Assembly: GCA_036781225.1 (NCBI GenBank)
Contig: DAIQBJ010000001.1
Span: 1,389-65,388, forward strand
DNA from: Gemmatimonadales bacterium
GTDB taxonomy: Bacteria; Gemmatimonadota; Gemmatimonadetes; Gemmatimonadales; GWC2-71-9
DNA length: 64,000 bases
Direction: 5' to 3'
In this document: positions 1-7,943 of the stretch, piece by piece
How the letters are laid out: each line of letters begins with the position of its first letter
Numbering within the stretch: position 1 is the stretch's first letter
Notes under the pieces: generated by a model
The model's input: the letters and a program-made list of their open reading frames with translations, nothing else
What the model was told of the DNA's origin: nothing
Database searches by the model: none
Program-made: the position numbers and the translations under genes

Positions 1-944
1 ATCGCGTACAACAACACGAGGGCTGCGACGGCCATATAGGGCAGCGCCGCGCTGAAGCCGATCATCGCCGCGAGCGCGGCGGAAGTTAGCATTGTGCCGA
101 GGACGAACCGCCGCCGACCGAAGCGGATAGCGAGCTCGTTGCCCCACACGCTTGCCAACACACCAAGCAGACCCATCACGCTCGCGACGGTGGCCGGCGC
201 CAGTGGCGTCCACCCGCCGGACCCGTGCGCCGCGACGAAAGTGAGGAATGCGACGACCCAGCCGCGCAGAGCGGACATCTCCCACGTGTGCACGCAGTAC
301 GCGATCGAATAGGCGAGCGCCGAACGATTCCGCAGAACAGGTCGGAAGTCGAGCAGGGCCCCATGAGAAGACCCGGGCGCGCCCTTCAGACGACGGGACG
401 GTAGCCCCACCATGACCAGCACGAAGGCGAGCGCCGCGCCAACCGCTCCGGGTACGAGCGCCCACTGCCAGCCCCGCCACGCGTTGACTGCGCCCGCGAC
501 GCCGAAGGACAGCGCGCCGCTCACGCCGACCGCCGCGGCGTGCGCGGCCACGGCCCGAGACTGCGCCGGTCCCTCGGTGAGATCGCTCAACGCCTTGAGC
601 CCGGGCATATAGCTGCCCGCCCAGCCCGCGCCCATCAGAGCCCGGAACGCCAGCGCCGACCAGAACCCGCTCGCGGCCCAGGCGAAACCGGCGAAGGCGA
701 GCGACGTTACGGCGACGGAGCTGAGATAAACGCGTTTGGCATCCACGCGATCGGTCAGCGACGACAGCAGCGGCACGGTGAGCGTGTACGCGGCGTAGTA
801 GATTCCGCTGAGCCAGCCGGCCTCGGTGTTGGTCAGCGACCATGCGGAGATCAACGTCGGCAAGAGCGCCGCCACGCTGAACGCGCCGATCTGTGCGCAG
901 GCCTGTGCCGCGCACATCGCGATCACGCCACGATTCAGCCTCAT
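1..944 (-). CDS. MFS transporter, N-terminal ~314 codons (3' end lies beyond the left edge)
   Basis: Absent from the ORF track because no stop lies in the window. My reverse-complement translation from the ATG at 944-942 gives MRLNRGVIAMCAAQA..., and 241-320 gives ALAYSIAYCVHTWEMSALRGWVVAFLT. It is hydrophobic and multi-TM, and shares the H-x-W-E-[LM]...W..AFL motif with the MFS ORFs at 34265-35452 and 54704-55930. Confidence 0.7.
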   Translation of the reverse strand, partial: MRLNRGVIAMCAAQACAQIGAFSVAALLPTLISAWSLTNTEAGWLSGIYYAAYTLTVPLLSSLTDRVDAKRVYLSSVAVTSLAFAGFAWAASGFWSALAFRALMGAGWAGSYMPGLKALSDLTEGPAQSRAVAAHAAAVGVSGALSFGVAGAVNAWRGWQWALVPGAVGAALAFVLVMVGLPSRRLKGAPGSSHGALLDFRPVLRNRSALAYSIAYCVHTWEMSALRGWVVAFLTFVAAHGSGGWTPLAPATVASVMGLLGVLASVWGNELAIRFGRRRFVLGTMLTSAALAAMIGFSAALPYMAVAALVLLYA

Positions 945-959
945 CGCGTCACGGGCGGG

Positions 960-1466
960 TCACAACAGCCGTTCGACGATGACGCAGTCGCGCCACGCCC
1001 CTTCGAGCTGCCCGTGGCGCTGGTAGACGCCGACCACTCGGAATCCGCAGCGTTCGTGCAGCACCAAGCTGGCCGTATTCTCCGGAAAAATCCGCGAGAC
1101 GATCTTCCAGAACCCTCGTTCGGCATACGCCTTACATAGCGCCTCGAGCACGACGCGGCCGGCTCCCTTTCCGCGTGCGGAGCGAGCCACGTACACCGAG
1201 TGCTCGGCGACTCCCGCATAGGCGGCCCGATTTCGATATGGCCCTGCGCTCGCCCACGCGATGATCCGACCATGCTCCTCGATGAGGATCGTCGGAAAGC
1301 GATCGGCCTTCTCCGATAGTTGTGTGGCGATTTGCTGGGGCGTGCGAGGCTCGGTCTCGAACGTCGCGATCCGGTCGGCGATCCCTTCGTTGTAGATCGC
1401 CGCGATCACGGCCGCATCGGCCAGGGTCGCAAGTCGTGTCGTCATGGTCATTTTGTCGACGCTCAT
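960..1466 (-). CDS. GNAT N-acetyltransferase of the phosphinothricin-acetyltransferase (PAT/YncA) type; ArsN1-like by context
   Basis: 168-aa ORF. RIATFETEPRTPQQI...GRIIAWASAGPYRNRAAYAGVAEHSVYVARSARGKGAGRVVLEAL...ENTASLVLHERCGFRVVG is the PAT-family pattern. It lies in a marR-GNAT-GNAT-MFS string divergent from arsM. Confidence 0.75.
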   Translation of the reverse strand: MSVDKMTMTTRLATLADAAVIAAIYNEGIADRIATFETEPRTPQQIATQLSEKADRFPTILIEEHGRIIAWASAGPYRNRAAYAGVAEHSVYVARSARGKGAGRVVLEALCKAYAERGFWKIVSRIFPENTASLVLHERCGFRVVGVYQRHGQLEGAWRDCVIVERLL

Positions 1467-1508
1467 TTGCCGCCTAGGTCGGACTCCGACGCCTCGACCG
1501 TCACTGAA

Positions 1509-1958
1509 TTAGCTTTTCGTAGCATCGGCTGACCGGGTCGTCTCTGTATGGCCGAAGGGCGGGATAAGCTTGAAACCTATCCGCTCGTACAGACGGATGG
1601 CGGCGTGCTGATGAATGCCAGTTTCGAGCCGTAGTGTGCCGATGCCGTGGTCCTTTGCGTAGGCGGTCAGGTGGTCGAGGAGTAGCTCACCGAAGCCCAA
1701 GCCTCGAAACTGCGAACGCACGTACATTCGTTTGATCTCACCATATTCGGTACCGAACAATTTGATACCGCCACAGCCAGCGGCGGCGCCGTTATCGCGG
1801 ATCACGAAGAAGGCCACAGAATCGGCAATCAACTTCTGCATGCTAAAACCATGACGGCTAGCGCTCGGATAGAGCGGCTCGAGATGCGCGTCGAGCTCCG
1901 CGATCAATGCCGTCGCGTCGGGACTCGCGGGATGCTCCGGTGAGATAACCGCGGTCAT
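1509..1958 (-). CDS. GNAT family N-acetyltransferase
   Basis: 149-aa ORF with the acetyl-CoA binding core RMYVRSQFRGLGFGELLLDHLTAYAKDHG and C-terminal AAIRLYERIGF. Confidence 0.8.
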   Translation of the reverse strand: MTAVISPEHPASPDATALIAELDAHLEPLYPSASRHGFSMQKLIADSVAFFVIRDNGAAAGCGGIKLFGTEYGEIKRMYVRSQFRGLGFGELLLDHLTAYAKDHGIGTLRLETGIHQHAAIRLYERIGFKLIPPFGHTETTRSADATKS

Positions 1959-2055
1959 GGGCGATGTCTCTCTCTACTCGCTTGGAACCGAGGCCGCCCG
2001 GCGAGGCCTAGTTGTCAGTACCAACGCCGCACGCCGAAGCGTATCGGTCATACAA

Positions 2056-2538
2056 TCACGCTGAGCGCGAGGTCGGGGAGGCGCAGCTCATGCGTCGCTG
2101 CGTGGCGTCGGCAAGACGACGCATGACTTCTGTGATGCCTCCGCGGACCTCCGGCGAAAAGTCCGCCAACAGCTGTGTGCGTTCGGCAATCCGATCCGCC
2201 CGGATCCGATCGCAGAGCCGGCGTCCGGCCGGCGTGACGCCTAACAACACAGCGCGACCATCGCCGGGATGAGTGGCTCGTCGCACGTAGCCCTTCCGCT
2301 GCAATGTCGCCACGACTCGACTCGCCGTACTCTTGTCCAGGCACAATTCGGCAGCCAGGGCGTTCAGTGTGCACGGCCCGCGTCGCAGCAGGGTGTCTAG
2401 TGCGTAGCACTGGGTGAGCGAGATATCGTGACAACAGATTTGGTCGCGCTCGGCGACGAGGTAGGCCCGCACGAAGTCGACAAGCGCTTCGTGGAAAGCT
2501 TCGGCGTGTCGCTGAAGCAGCCGGTTCCGCTGCGTCAT
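2056..2538 (-). CDS. MarR family transcriptional regulator
   Basis: Winged-helix region LNALAAELCLDKSTASRVVATLQRKGYVRRATHPGDGRAVLLGVTPAGRRL. The track start at 2556 is a TTG; the ATG at 2538 (MTQRNRLL...) is more likely. Confidence 0.85.
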   Translation of the reverse strand: MTQRNRLLQRHAEAFHEALVDFVRAYLVAERDQICCHDISLTQCYALDTLLRRGPCTLNALAAELCLDKSTASRVVATLQRKGYVRRATHPGDGRAVLLGVTPAGRRLCDRIRADRIAERTQLLADFSPEVRGGITEVMRRLADATQRRMSCASPTSRSA

Positions 2539-2631
2539 TGTGGTTGTCAGTGGCAACTATATTGAACTCGGGATATGCTGTCAACCGGCGCATCCGAGAT
2601 TATCGGGCGTTGCTCGTTACAGGAGGACGCG
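2539..2631. promoter_or_regulatory. Divergent marR / arsM control region with inverted repeat
   Basis: GGTTGTCAG (2542-2550) and CTGTCAACC (2578-2586) form an 8/9 inverted repeat around a locally AT-rich core (AACTATATTGAAC). AGGAGG lies 7 nt before the arsM ATG at 2632. Confidence 0.4.
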
Positions 2632-3456
2632 ATGGCGGATAGAGACCTAAAAGACGTCGTGAAGGAAAAGTACGGCAACGCCGCGCTGAAGGTTGTCAGC
2701 GGCAGTAATGCGTCTTGCTGCGAGACCGTATCGTCACACGGGCAGAACGATCCGATCACGTCCAACCTCTATGGCTGTGGCGAGACGGCCGGGCTACCCG
2801 CGGAGGCGGTCGCTGCCTCGCTAGGCTGCGGTAACCCGACGGCGCTCGCGCAACTCAACGCCGGCGAGGTTGTGCTCGACCTCGGCTCCGGCGGCGGCAT
2901 CGACGTGCTCCTCTCGGCGAAACGTGTCGGACCGACGGGCAAGGCCTATGGGCTCGACATGACGGATGAGATGCTGGCGCTCGCGCGCGAGAATCAGAAG
3001 AAGGCAGCCGTGACCAACGTCGAGTTCCTCAAGGGGGAGATCGAACACATCCCCCTCCCCGGCAACAGCGTGGATGTCATCATCTCGAATTGCGTCATCA
3101 ATCTGTCGGCCGACAAAGATCGCGTGCTGACCGAGGCCTTCCGGGTGCTCAAGCCCGGCGGGCGGTTTGCGGTCTCGGACGTCGTCGTACGGGGTGAGGT
3201 CCCGACCGCCATCCGTCGCAGCGTGGAGCTGTGGATCGGCTGCGTAGCGGGAGCGCTCGAGGAAAACGAGTATCGCGAAAAGCTGACGAAAGCCGGCTTC
3301 GAGGCGATCGGCGTCGAGCCGACGCGGGTGTATCGGACTGAGGATGCACGCGACTTCTTCGCGGGCTCGGGGATCGACATCGACGCAATTGCGCCCCAGG
3401 TCGAAGGCAAGTTCATGAGCGCGTTCGTTCGCGCCATCAAGCCCAGATCCCGCTGA
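2632..3456 (+). CDS. arsM: Arsenite S-adenosylmethionine methyltransferase
   Basis: SAM motif [14 protein letters not shown] plus the four conserved ArsM cysteine contexts ([28 protein letters not shown]). Start chosen at the ATG with an AGGAGG SD rather than the track start at 2575. Confidence 0.9.
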   Translation: MADRDLKDVVKEKYGNAALKVVSGSNASCCETVSSHGQNDPITSNLYGCGETAGLPAEAVAASLGCGNPTALAQLNAGEVVLDLGSGGGIDVLLSAKRVGPTGKAYGLDMTDEMLALARENQKKAAVTNVEFLKGEIEHIPLPGNSVDVIISNCVINLSADKDRVLTEAFRVLKPGGRFAVSDVVVRGEVPTAIRRSVELWIGCVAGALEENEYREKLTKAGFEAIGVEPTRVYRTEDARDFFAGSGIDIDAIAPQVEGKFMSAFVRAIKPRSR

Positions 3457-3744
3457 GCGACCGAGAGTCGCCTTGATGATTTGGGGCGGCCACCCCAGCG
3501 GAATCTGGCAATCCCCTATGCCTCCCCTGTCGTAGGAGCGACCGCGTTCAATTTCTAGCTCCGTTGCGCGGTTGATCCAGTCAGCTTCAGTCGCAGCAAT
3601 CTAAACGTCACGGTCGTGTGATTTTTTCGCAACTCGCCGCGCGCATTCTCCGAGCCCACAGTCGCTCAGTCCGAGTCGCTCGCTCGAAGCGCTGGGCAGA
3701 CGAAGCGAATGGCGTGAGCCCGGGGCGCTGCGCCCCAGGCTGCA

Positions 3745-3947
3745 GGCTGCCGTTTTATCCAATCGTGTCGTTCAGCTGGCTGTTGCTGTACGAGAACTAC
3801 CAAGATCGGCAGAAGAGCGTAGCCCTCAAAGATTTCATCAGATGGGGCCTCTCGCGAGGCCAGTCGTACAGCCCTGAGCTCGGGTATGTCGCATTGCCAG
3901 CGGATGTCGCCGAACTATCACGAGCGGCCCTCGAAAGGGTCAACTGA
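3745..3947 (+). pseudogene. pstS: C-terminal remnant of phosphate-binding protein PstS
   Basis: Only the last ~67 codons of the 109-aa ORF look like PstS (FYPIVSFSWLLLYENYQDRQKSVALKDFIRWGLSRGQSYSPELGYVALPADV). There is no N-terminal two thirds and no signal peptide upstream. Confidence 0.6.
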
Positions 3948-4004
3948 TTCCCGCGGCTCGTAGATTCCAAAGGGCCACGTCAGATGTCTCGCCGGACAAT
4001 ATAG

Positions 4005-4030
4005 TTCAGCGACCCCTCGCTGAATTTCTG
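4005..4030 (+). terminator. Hairpin plus short T-tract (intrinsic-terminator-like)
   Basis: TTCAGCGA-CCCC-TCGCTGAA is a perfect 8-bp stem with a 4-nt loop (4005-4024), followed by TTTCTG. It lies between the convergent pstS remnant and arsC. Confidence 0.5.
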
Positions 4031-4045
4031 ATCAACGAGTTTCTG

Positions 4046-4573
4046 TTATGAAGCCTCGCGGTCTGCGACCTCGCTCCCGGAGCGCCCAATATCATCAAGC
4101 CGGCGCTGAAGCGCCATCTCGTCGAGATCTTCCAACCGCAGACTCACGAAGATTCTGATTCGAGCGTCCAGTTCCGAGCAGATCTTCCTGAACGCATCTC
4201 GGCGCTTGGCGTCTGGTCCTACAACAGCTGCCGGGTCCTCGACTCCCCAGTGCGCTGTGATCGGCTGCCCTGGCCAGATCGGGCACGCCTCGCCAGCGGC
4301 CTTGTCGCATACCGTAAATACGAAATCGAGAGGCGGGCTATCGGGCCGCGCAAACTCGTCCCAGCTCTTGCTCCGGAGATCGTCCGTCGAGAAGTTCATG
4401 CCTTTTAGCAGTTCAACGGCGAAGGGATGAACGATTCCGGTTGGATGACTTCCCGCGCTAAAGGCCCGGAACCGGCCCGTCCCCCATCGGCTGAGCAAGG
4501 ATTCGGCCATGATGCTTCGAGCAGAGTTGCCCGTGCATAGGAAGAGGACGTTGTAAACGCGCTTTGCGCTCAT
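4046..4573 (-). CDS. arsC: Arsenate reductase, LMW-PTPase (thioredoxin-coupled) type
   Basis: P-loop LFLCTGNSARSIMAE and distal cysteine pair TVCDKAAGEACP. Start at the ATG at 4573 (MSAKRVYNVLF) preceded by GGGGAG; the track start at 4627 is an extension. Confidence 0.9.
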   Translation of the reverse strand: MSAKRVYNVLFLCTGNSARSIMAESLLSRWGTGRFRAFSAGSHPTGIVHPFAVELLKGMNFSTDDLRSKSWDEFARPDSPPLDFVFTVCDKAAGEACPIWPGQPITAHWGVEDPAAVVGPDAKRRDAFRKICSELDARIRIFVSLRLEDLDEMALQRRLDDIGRSGSEVADREAS

Positions 4574-4694
4574 TTCGACTCCCCAGGACGGTGTAGGGCG
4601 TCCTGGGATGGAGGCTACGCAAAGCATGTTGCGCGAGCGTAACGTTTTCGCGACGACTGTGTCACGTCGTCAGCGCGGCTGAGTCAGTCGATCC

Positions 4695-5435
4695 CTAGAC
4701 GGACACGACCAATCCGTCGCTGGCGCACTCTTCAGGGACTTTGTCCGCCTGCGCGAGCATCTCCCGGCTCATGTGAGTCAGGATTACGCGCCGCGCCCCG
4801 AGCGTCGAGCGACGCGCTGCGATGTCAGGATAGTTAAGGTGCCATTTGATCGGTTTTTCGTAATAGTACGACTCAGCGATGAAGAGGTCGGCGCCGGCCG
4901 CGACTTTCGCGACATCGTCAGTCCACTCGGTATCGCCGGTGTAGGAGACGACCTTACCGCCGACTTCCACGCGAATCGCAGTGGGATTGGTTTCCGCCGT
5001 GTGGCGCGCCAGCTGTGGCGTCACTACGAGGTCCAGGATCCGGTGTGATCGGCCTGGTTCCATCTCGAGCCAGGTGAGCGGGAACTTTGGCGTCATCACA
5101 TGCGAGCCGGGGAACAGAGCTTCTCGGATGTCGCCCATGCGTCGTTGTAAATCACGAGGGCCCGCGACGACCAGCGGTCGCGTACGCTTCGCACCGAGCA
5201 TCGCGTCTATCAGAAGAAATGGTACGCCGCCGCAATGATCTCCGTGCAGATGGGTCAGTAGGATGGCGTCGATAGAATTGTGCTCGATCCCTTGCTGCGC
5301 CAGCGCGATGAGTGACGAAGTTCCGAAATCGATCGCGAACCGTGACTGCGGTCCATCCACAAGGATGCAGGTCTGGAAACGCCCGCCGCTGCCAAAGGAA
5401 TCGCCTGACCCCACAAACCGGACGTTCACCGTCAT
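4695..5435 (-). CDS. MBL-fold metallo-hydrolase
   Basis: 246 aa with the HxHxDH motif (LTHLHGDHCGG). Its start overlaps the upstream stop by 1 nt (TAATG at 5433-5437). Confidence 0.85.
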   Translation of the reverse strand: MTVNVRFVGSGDSFGSGGRFQTCILVDGPQSRFAIDFGTSSLIALAQQGIEHNSIDAILLTHLHGDHCGGVPFLLIDAMLGAKRTRPLVVAGPRDLQRRMGDIREALFPGSHVMTPKFPLTWLEMEPGRSHRILDLVVTPQLARHTAETNPTAIRVEVGGKVVSYTGDTEWTDDVAKVAAGADLFIAESYYYEKPIKWHLNYPDIAARRSTLGARRVILTHMSREMLAQADKVPEECASDGLVVSV

Positions 5436-6646
5436 TAGATGATTCCGCTCTCGCGCAGCGCCGCGCGTTCCGCAGAACTAAGCTTCAACATGCTCTCGAG
5501 CACCTCTTCCGTGTGCTGGCCCAACGTGGGCGGGGGTCGTCGGAAGCTCACCGGCGTCTCTGAGAGCTTTAGCGGACTGCCGATCAGCGGAACGGCGTTC
5601 GCTGGGTGCTCCATTGAGATCTTCATCCCCCGATGGAGGACTTGGGGATCGGCGAAAACGCGATCGATCGTGTTGACTGGCCCACACGGAAGCTCAGCCG
5701 CCTGCAGCCGATCAACCCAATGCTGTGTCGTGTGCTTTCGCGTCAGTCCCTTGAAGAGCTCGACGAGCTCTACTCGGTGCTTGAGGCGCGTCGAATTTGT
5801 TGCAAAGCGTGGATCCGCGGCCAGCTCCGGAGCGCCTGCAACTTCACAGAGCCGTCGGAACTGCCGGTCGTTGTTTGCACCGAGAATCACGTGTCCATCG
5901 CTCGTGCGAAAGACTTGATAGGGCACAGTGTTTGGGTGCCCGGTCCCCCACCGCCCCGGCACCTTCCCCGACAGCAAATAGTTGAGGCCAACGTTGTAGA
6001 GCCAACCCACCTGTACGTCGAGCAGCGCGATGTCGATGTGTTGTCCATGGCCAGTACGATCTCGGTGCCGCAAGGCACTGAGAATGCCTACTCCGGCATA
6101 GAGGCCGCTTATCACGTCGTTCACCGCGACGCCGACCTTGACCGGTGGCGCGTCGGTTTCCCCGGTGACGCTCATGATTCCGCCCTCACCCTGCGCCATG
6201 AGATCGTAGCCGGGTCGCGCCGCATATGGCCCGTCTTGGCCATACCCGGTAATCGAGCAGTAGACGAGCCTCGGGCAACTGTCGCGCAGCTGTGCATAGG
6301 CGAGGCCATACTCCAACAGAGCCCCAACCTTGAAGTTCTCGATGAGAACATCCGCGTGTTCCGCAAGCCGGCGTACCAGCGCCGCACCTTCAGGCCGCGC
6401 GAAGTTGATCGTGACCGAGCGTTTGTTGCGGTTCGCGCTCAGGTAATAGCCACTCTCAGTCGTCTCGTTTCCGCTGACATCCCGTACAAATGGCGGCCCC
6501 CACGTTCGTGTCTCGTCCCCCACGCCAGGTCGTTCGACCTTGATGATTTCCGCGCCCAGGTCGCCAAGCATCTGTGTGCATGACGGGCCCGCGAGCACGC
6601 GACTAAGATCCAGAACGGTGATGCGGTCAAGCGGTCCAGGAGTCAT
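5435..6646 (-). CDS. Family III CoA-transferase (CaiB/BaiF type)
   Basis: 403 aa with the N-terminal signature RITVLDLSRVLAGPSCTQMLGDLGAEIIKVERPGVGDETR. Confidence 0.9.
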   Translation of the reverse strand: MTPGPLDRITVLDLSRVLAGPSCTQMLGDLGAEIIKVERPGVGDETRTWGPPFVRDVSGNETTESGYYLSANRNKRSVTINFARPEGAALVRRLAEHADVLIENFKVGALLEYGLAYAQLRDSCPRLVYCSITGYGQDGPYAARPGYDLMAQGEGGIMSVTGETDAPPVKVGVAVNDVISGLYAGVGILSALRHRDRTGHGQHIDIALLDVQVGWLYNVGLNYLLSGKVPGRWGTGHPNTVPYQVFRTSDGHVILGANNDRQFRRLCEVAGAPELAADPRFATNSTRLKHRVELVELFKGLTRKHTTQHWVDRLQAAELPCGPVNTIDRVFADPQVLHRGMKISMEHPANAVPLIGSPLKLSETPVSFRRPPPTLGQHTEEVLESMLKLSSAERAALRESGII

Positions 6647-6662
6647 TGAGTCGTGTCCTCGC

Positions 6663-7139
6663 TCATGGCCTTCTGATTGTCACTGCATCGGCTGGTCGCT
6701 GATCCGCGAGCCAGCTCAAGAGCTTTTCTCGAATCTCCTCGCGGATGCGCCGGAACACGGCAAGCCGCGCTTCTTCCGTGCCAGCAGTGCGCGACGGATC
6801 TTCGAAGCTCCAGTGAAGCCTCTGCGCCGCGCGAGGAAACACCGGGCATGCCTCATTGGCGGCGTCGCACACCGTGATGACCCAGTCCCATCGATCATGG
6901 AGGAACCGCTCGAAAATCTTCGACGTGTGAGGGGTGAGATCTATACCGACCTCGGCCATCGCGCGTATAGCGAGAGGATGCACTTGCGTCGCCTCTGTGC
7001 CGGCGCTTGCTGCCTCGTACCGACCACCGGCCAGCGCACGCAGCCAGGATTCAGCCATCTGGCTGCGTGCTGAGTTGTGAGTGCAGAGAAAGAGAACCCG
7101 CTCCTTCGCTGCGTCATCCCTGCCCGCCGGACCCTTCAT
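6663..7139 (-). CDS. arsC: Arsenate reductase, LMW-PTPase type (second copy)
   Basis: VLFLCTHNSARSQMAE P-loop and ITVCDAANEACPVFP distal cysteines; 158 aa. Confidence 0.9.
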   Translation of the reverse strand: MKGPAGRDDAAKERVLFLCTHNSARSQMAESWLRALAGGRYEAASAGTEATQVHPLAIRAMAEVGIDLTPHTSKIFERFLHDRWDWVITVCDAANEACPVFPRAAQRLHWSFEDPSRTAGTEEARLAVFRRIREEIREKLLSWLADQRPADAVTIRRP

Positions 7140-7201
7140 GCCCCTCTGTCCTCAACGGTCTCGTAGGATCCCCGCGTCCTTCAACGCGAGAATCGCTGAC
7201 C

Positions 7202-7522
7202 TTACGGACGCTCGATACGCTCGTATGCGGCATCACACAACGTAATGACGTAGTCCCATCGCGTTCCCATCTCAGAAATCTGCTTCGCGCGATGGCCACG
7301 CAGGCTCACGCCGCGTTCCGCCATGACCTGCTCCGCTAAGGAATGCACTCTGGTCGGCGTCGCGCCGGCGCTCGCGACGTAAAATCGGTCACCGCCCATT
7401 TGGCGCAACAGCGCTTCTGCCATTTGGCTACGCGCCGAATTATGCGTACACACAAACAACACGTGCGATTGCGACTCTGGCACTGCCGATATTTTTGATT
7501 CGGGCCGATCTGACGAAGGCAT
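7202..7522 (-). pseudogene. arsC: Truncated arsC paralogue (lacks the distal catalytic Cys region)
   Basis: VLFVCTHNSARSQMAE is intact, but the ORF ends at ...WDYVITLCDAAYERIERP*. The intact neighbour continues there as WDWVITVCDAANEACPVFP... Confidence 0.6.
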
Positions 7523-7628
7523 TCCGAATTCTTTCTCGCCACAGAAACCACACGAAGGCCACGTACCCGACGAAGAGGATCACTATGAGAATGAACTCGG
7601 ATGCGGACATGCGCGCCTCCGCTCCTCG

Positions 7629-7941
7629 CTACGTTTGCTCCAGAACCTCGAGATCGACCCCGATGCTTCCCAGTTCGTGGATCAGCGCGAATAAGTCTTC
7701 GGGCCGGCCGACAAGCCGGTCGAGCGCGGAACACACAATGACGTCGATCTCGCCGTTGCGCGCGGTAGCCAACAGCGCTCAGAGCTGGGCGCTCTTCATC
7801 CGTGACTGACACACCGTCGTCGACAAATTCCGCGATTGCCCATCCACGAGTTTGGGCAAACTCTCGGAGTGTCGCGAGCTGCTTATCAGGCGCCTTGTCC
7901 CAAGCGGCGACTCGGGCATAGAGGCCCGCTCGTACCGGCAA
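7629..7941 (-). pseudogene. Serine recombinase (resolvase/invertase) catalytic-domain remnant, frameshifted and truncated
   Basis: The N-terminus is LYARVAAWDKAPDKQLATLREFAQTRGWAIAEFVDDGVSVTDEERPAL, with Ala at the usual YARVS nucleophile position. After about 7760 the resolvase-like sequence continues only in another frame (LLATARNGEIDVIVCSALDRLVGRPEDLFALIHELGSIGVDLEVLEQT*). No HTH domain is present. Confidence 0.65.
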
Positions 7942-7943
7942 TA

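Noticed and set aside
540-1139. 199-aa plus-strand ORF and neighbours (94-312, 412-612) at the left edge.
   Set aside because: They lie antisense to the MFS and GNAT genes and are Arg/Pro/Gly-rich with no motifs.
2547-2555. Possible cobalamin riboswitch. The minus strand reads TGCCACTGA, containing the GCCACTG core often seen in B12 elements, and the window is rich in B12 genes.
   Set aside because: This is a single 7-mer in a 93-nt divergent spacer. There is no room for a ~200-nt aptamer, no other conserved B12-element blocks are visible, and it is not upstream of a cobalamin gene.
3618-3947. 109-aa ORF as an intact small protein.
   Set aside because: Only its C-terminal ~67 residues resemble PstS. 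The N-terminal part is arbitrary read-through of non-coding sequence.
7336-7941. 201-aa ORF taken at face value as an intact gene.
   Set aside because: Only the first ~50 residues look like a resolvase. The remainder is Arg-rich nonsense, while the resolvase-like sequence continues in another frame. It is called a frameshifted remnant instead.
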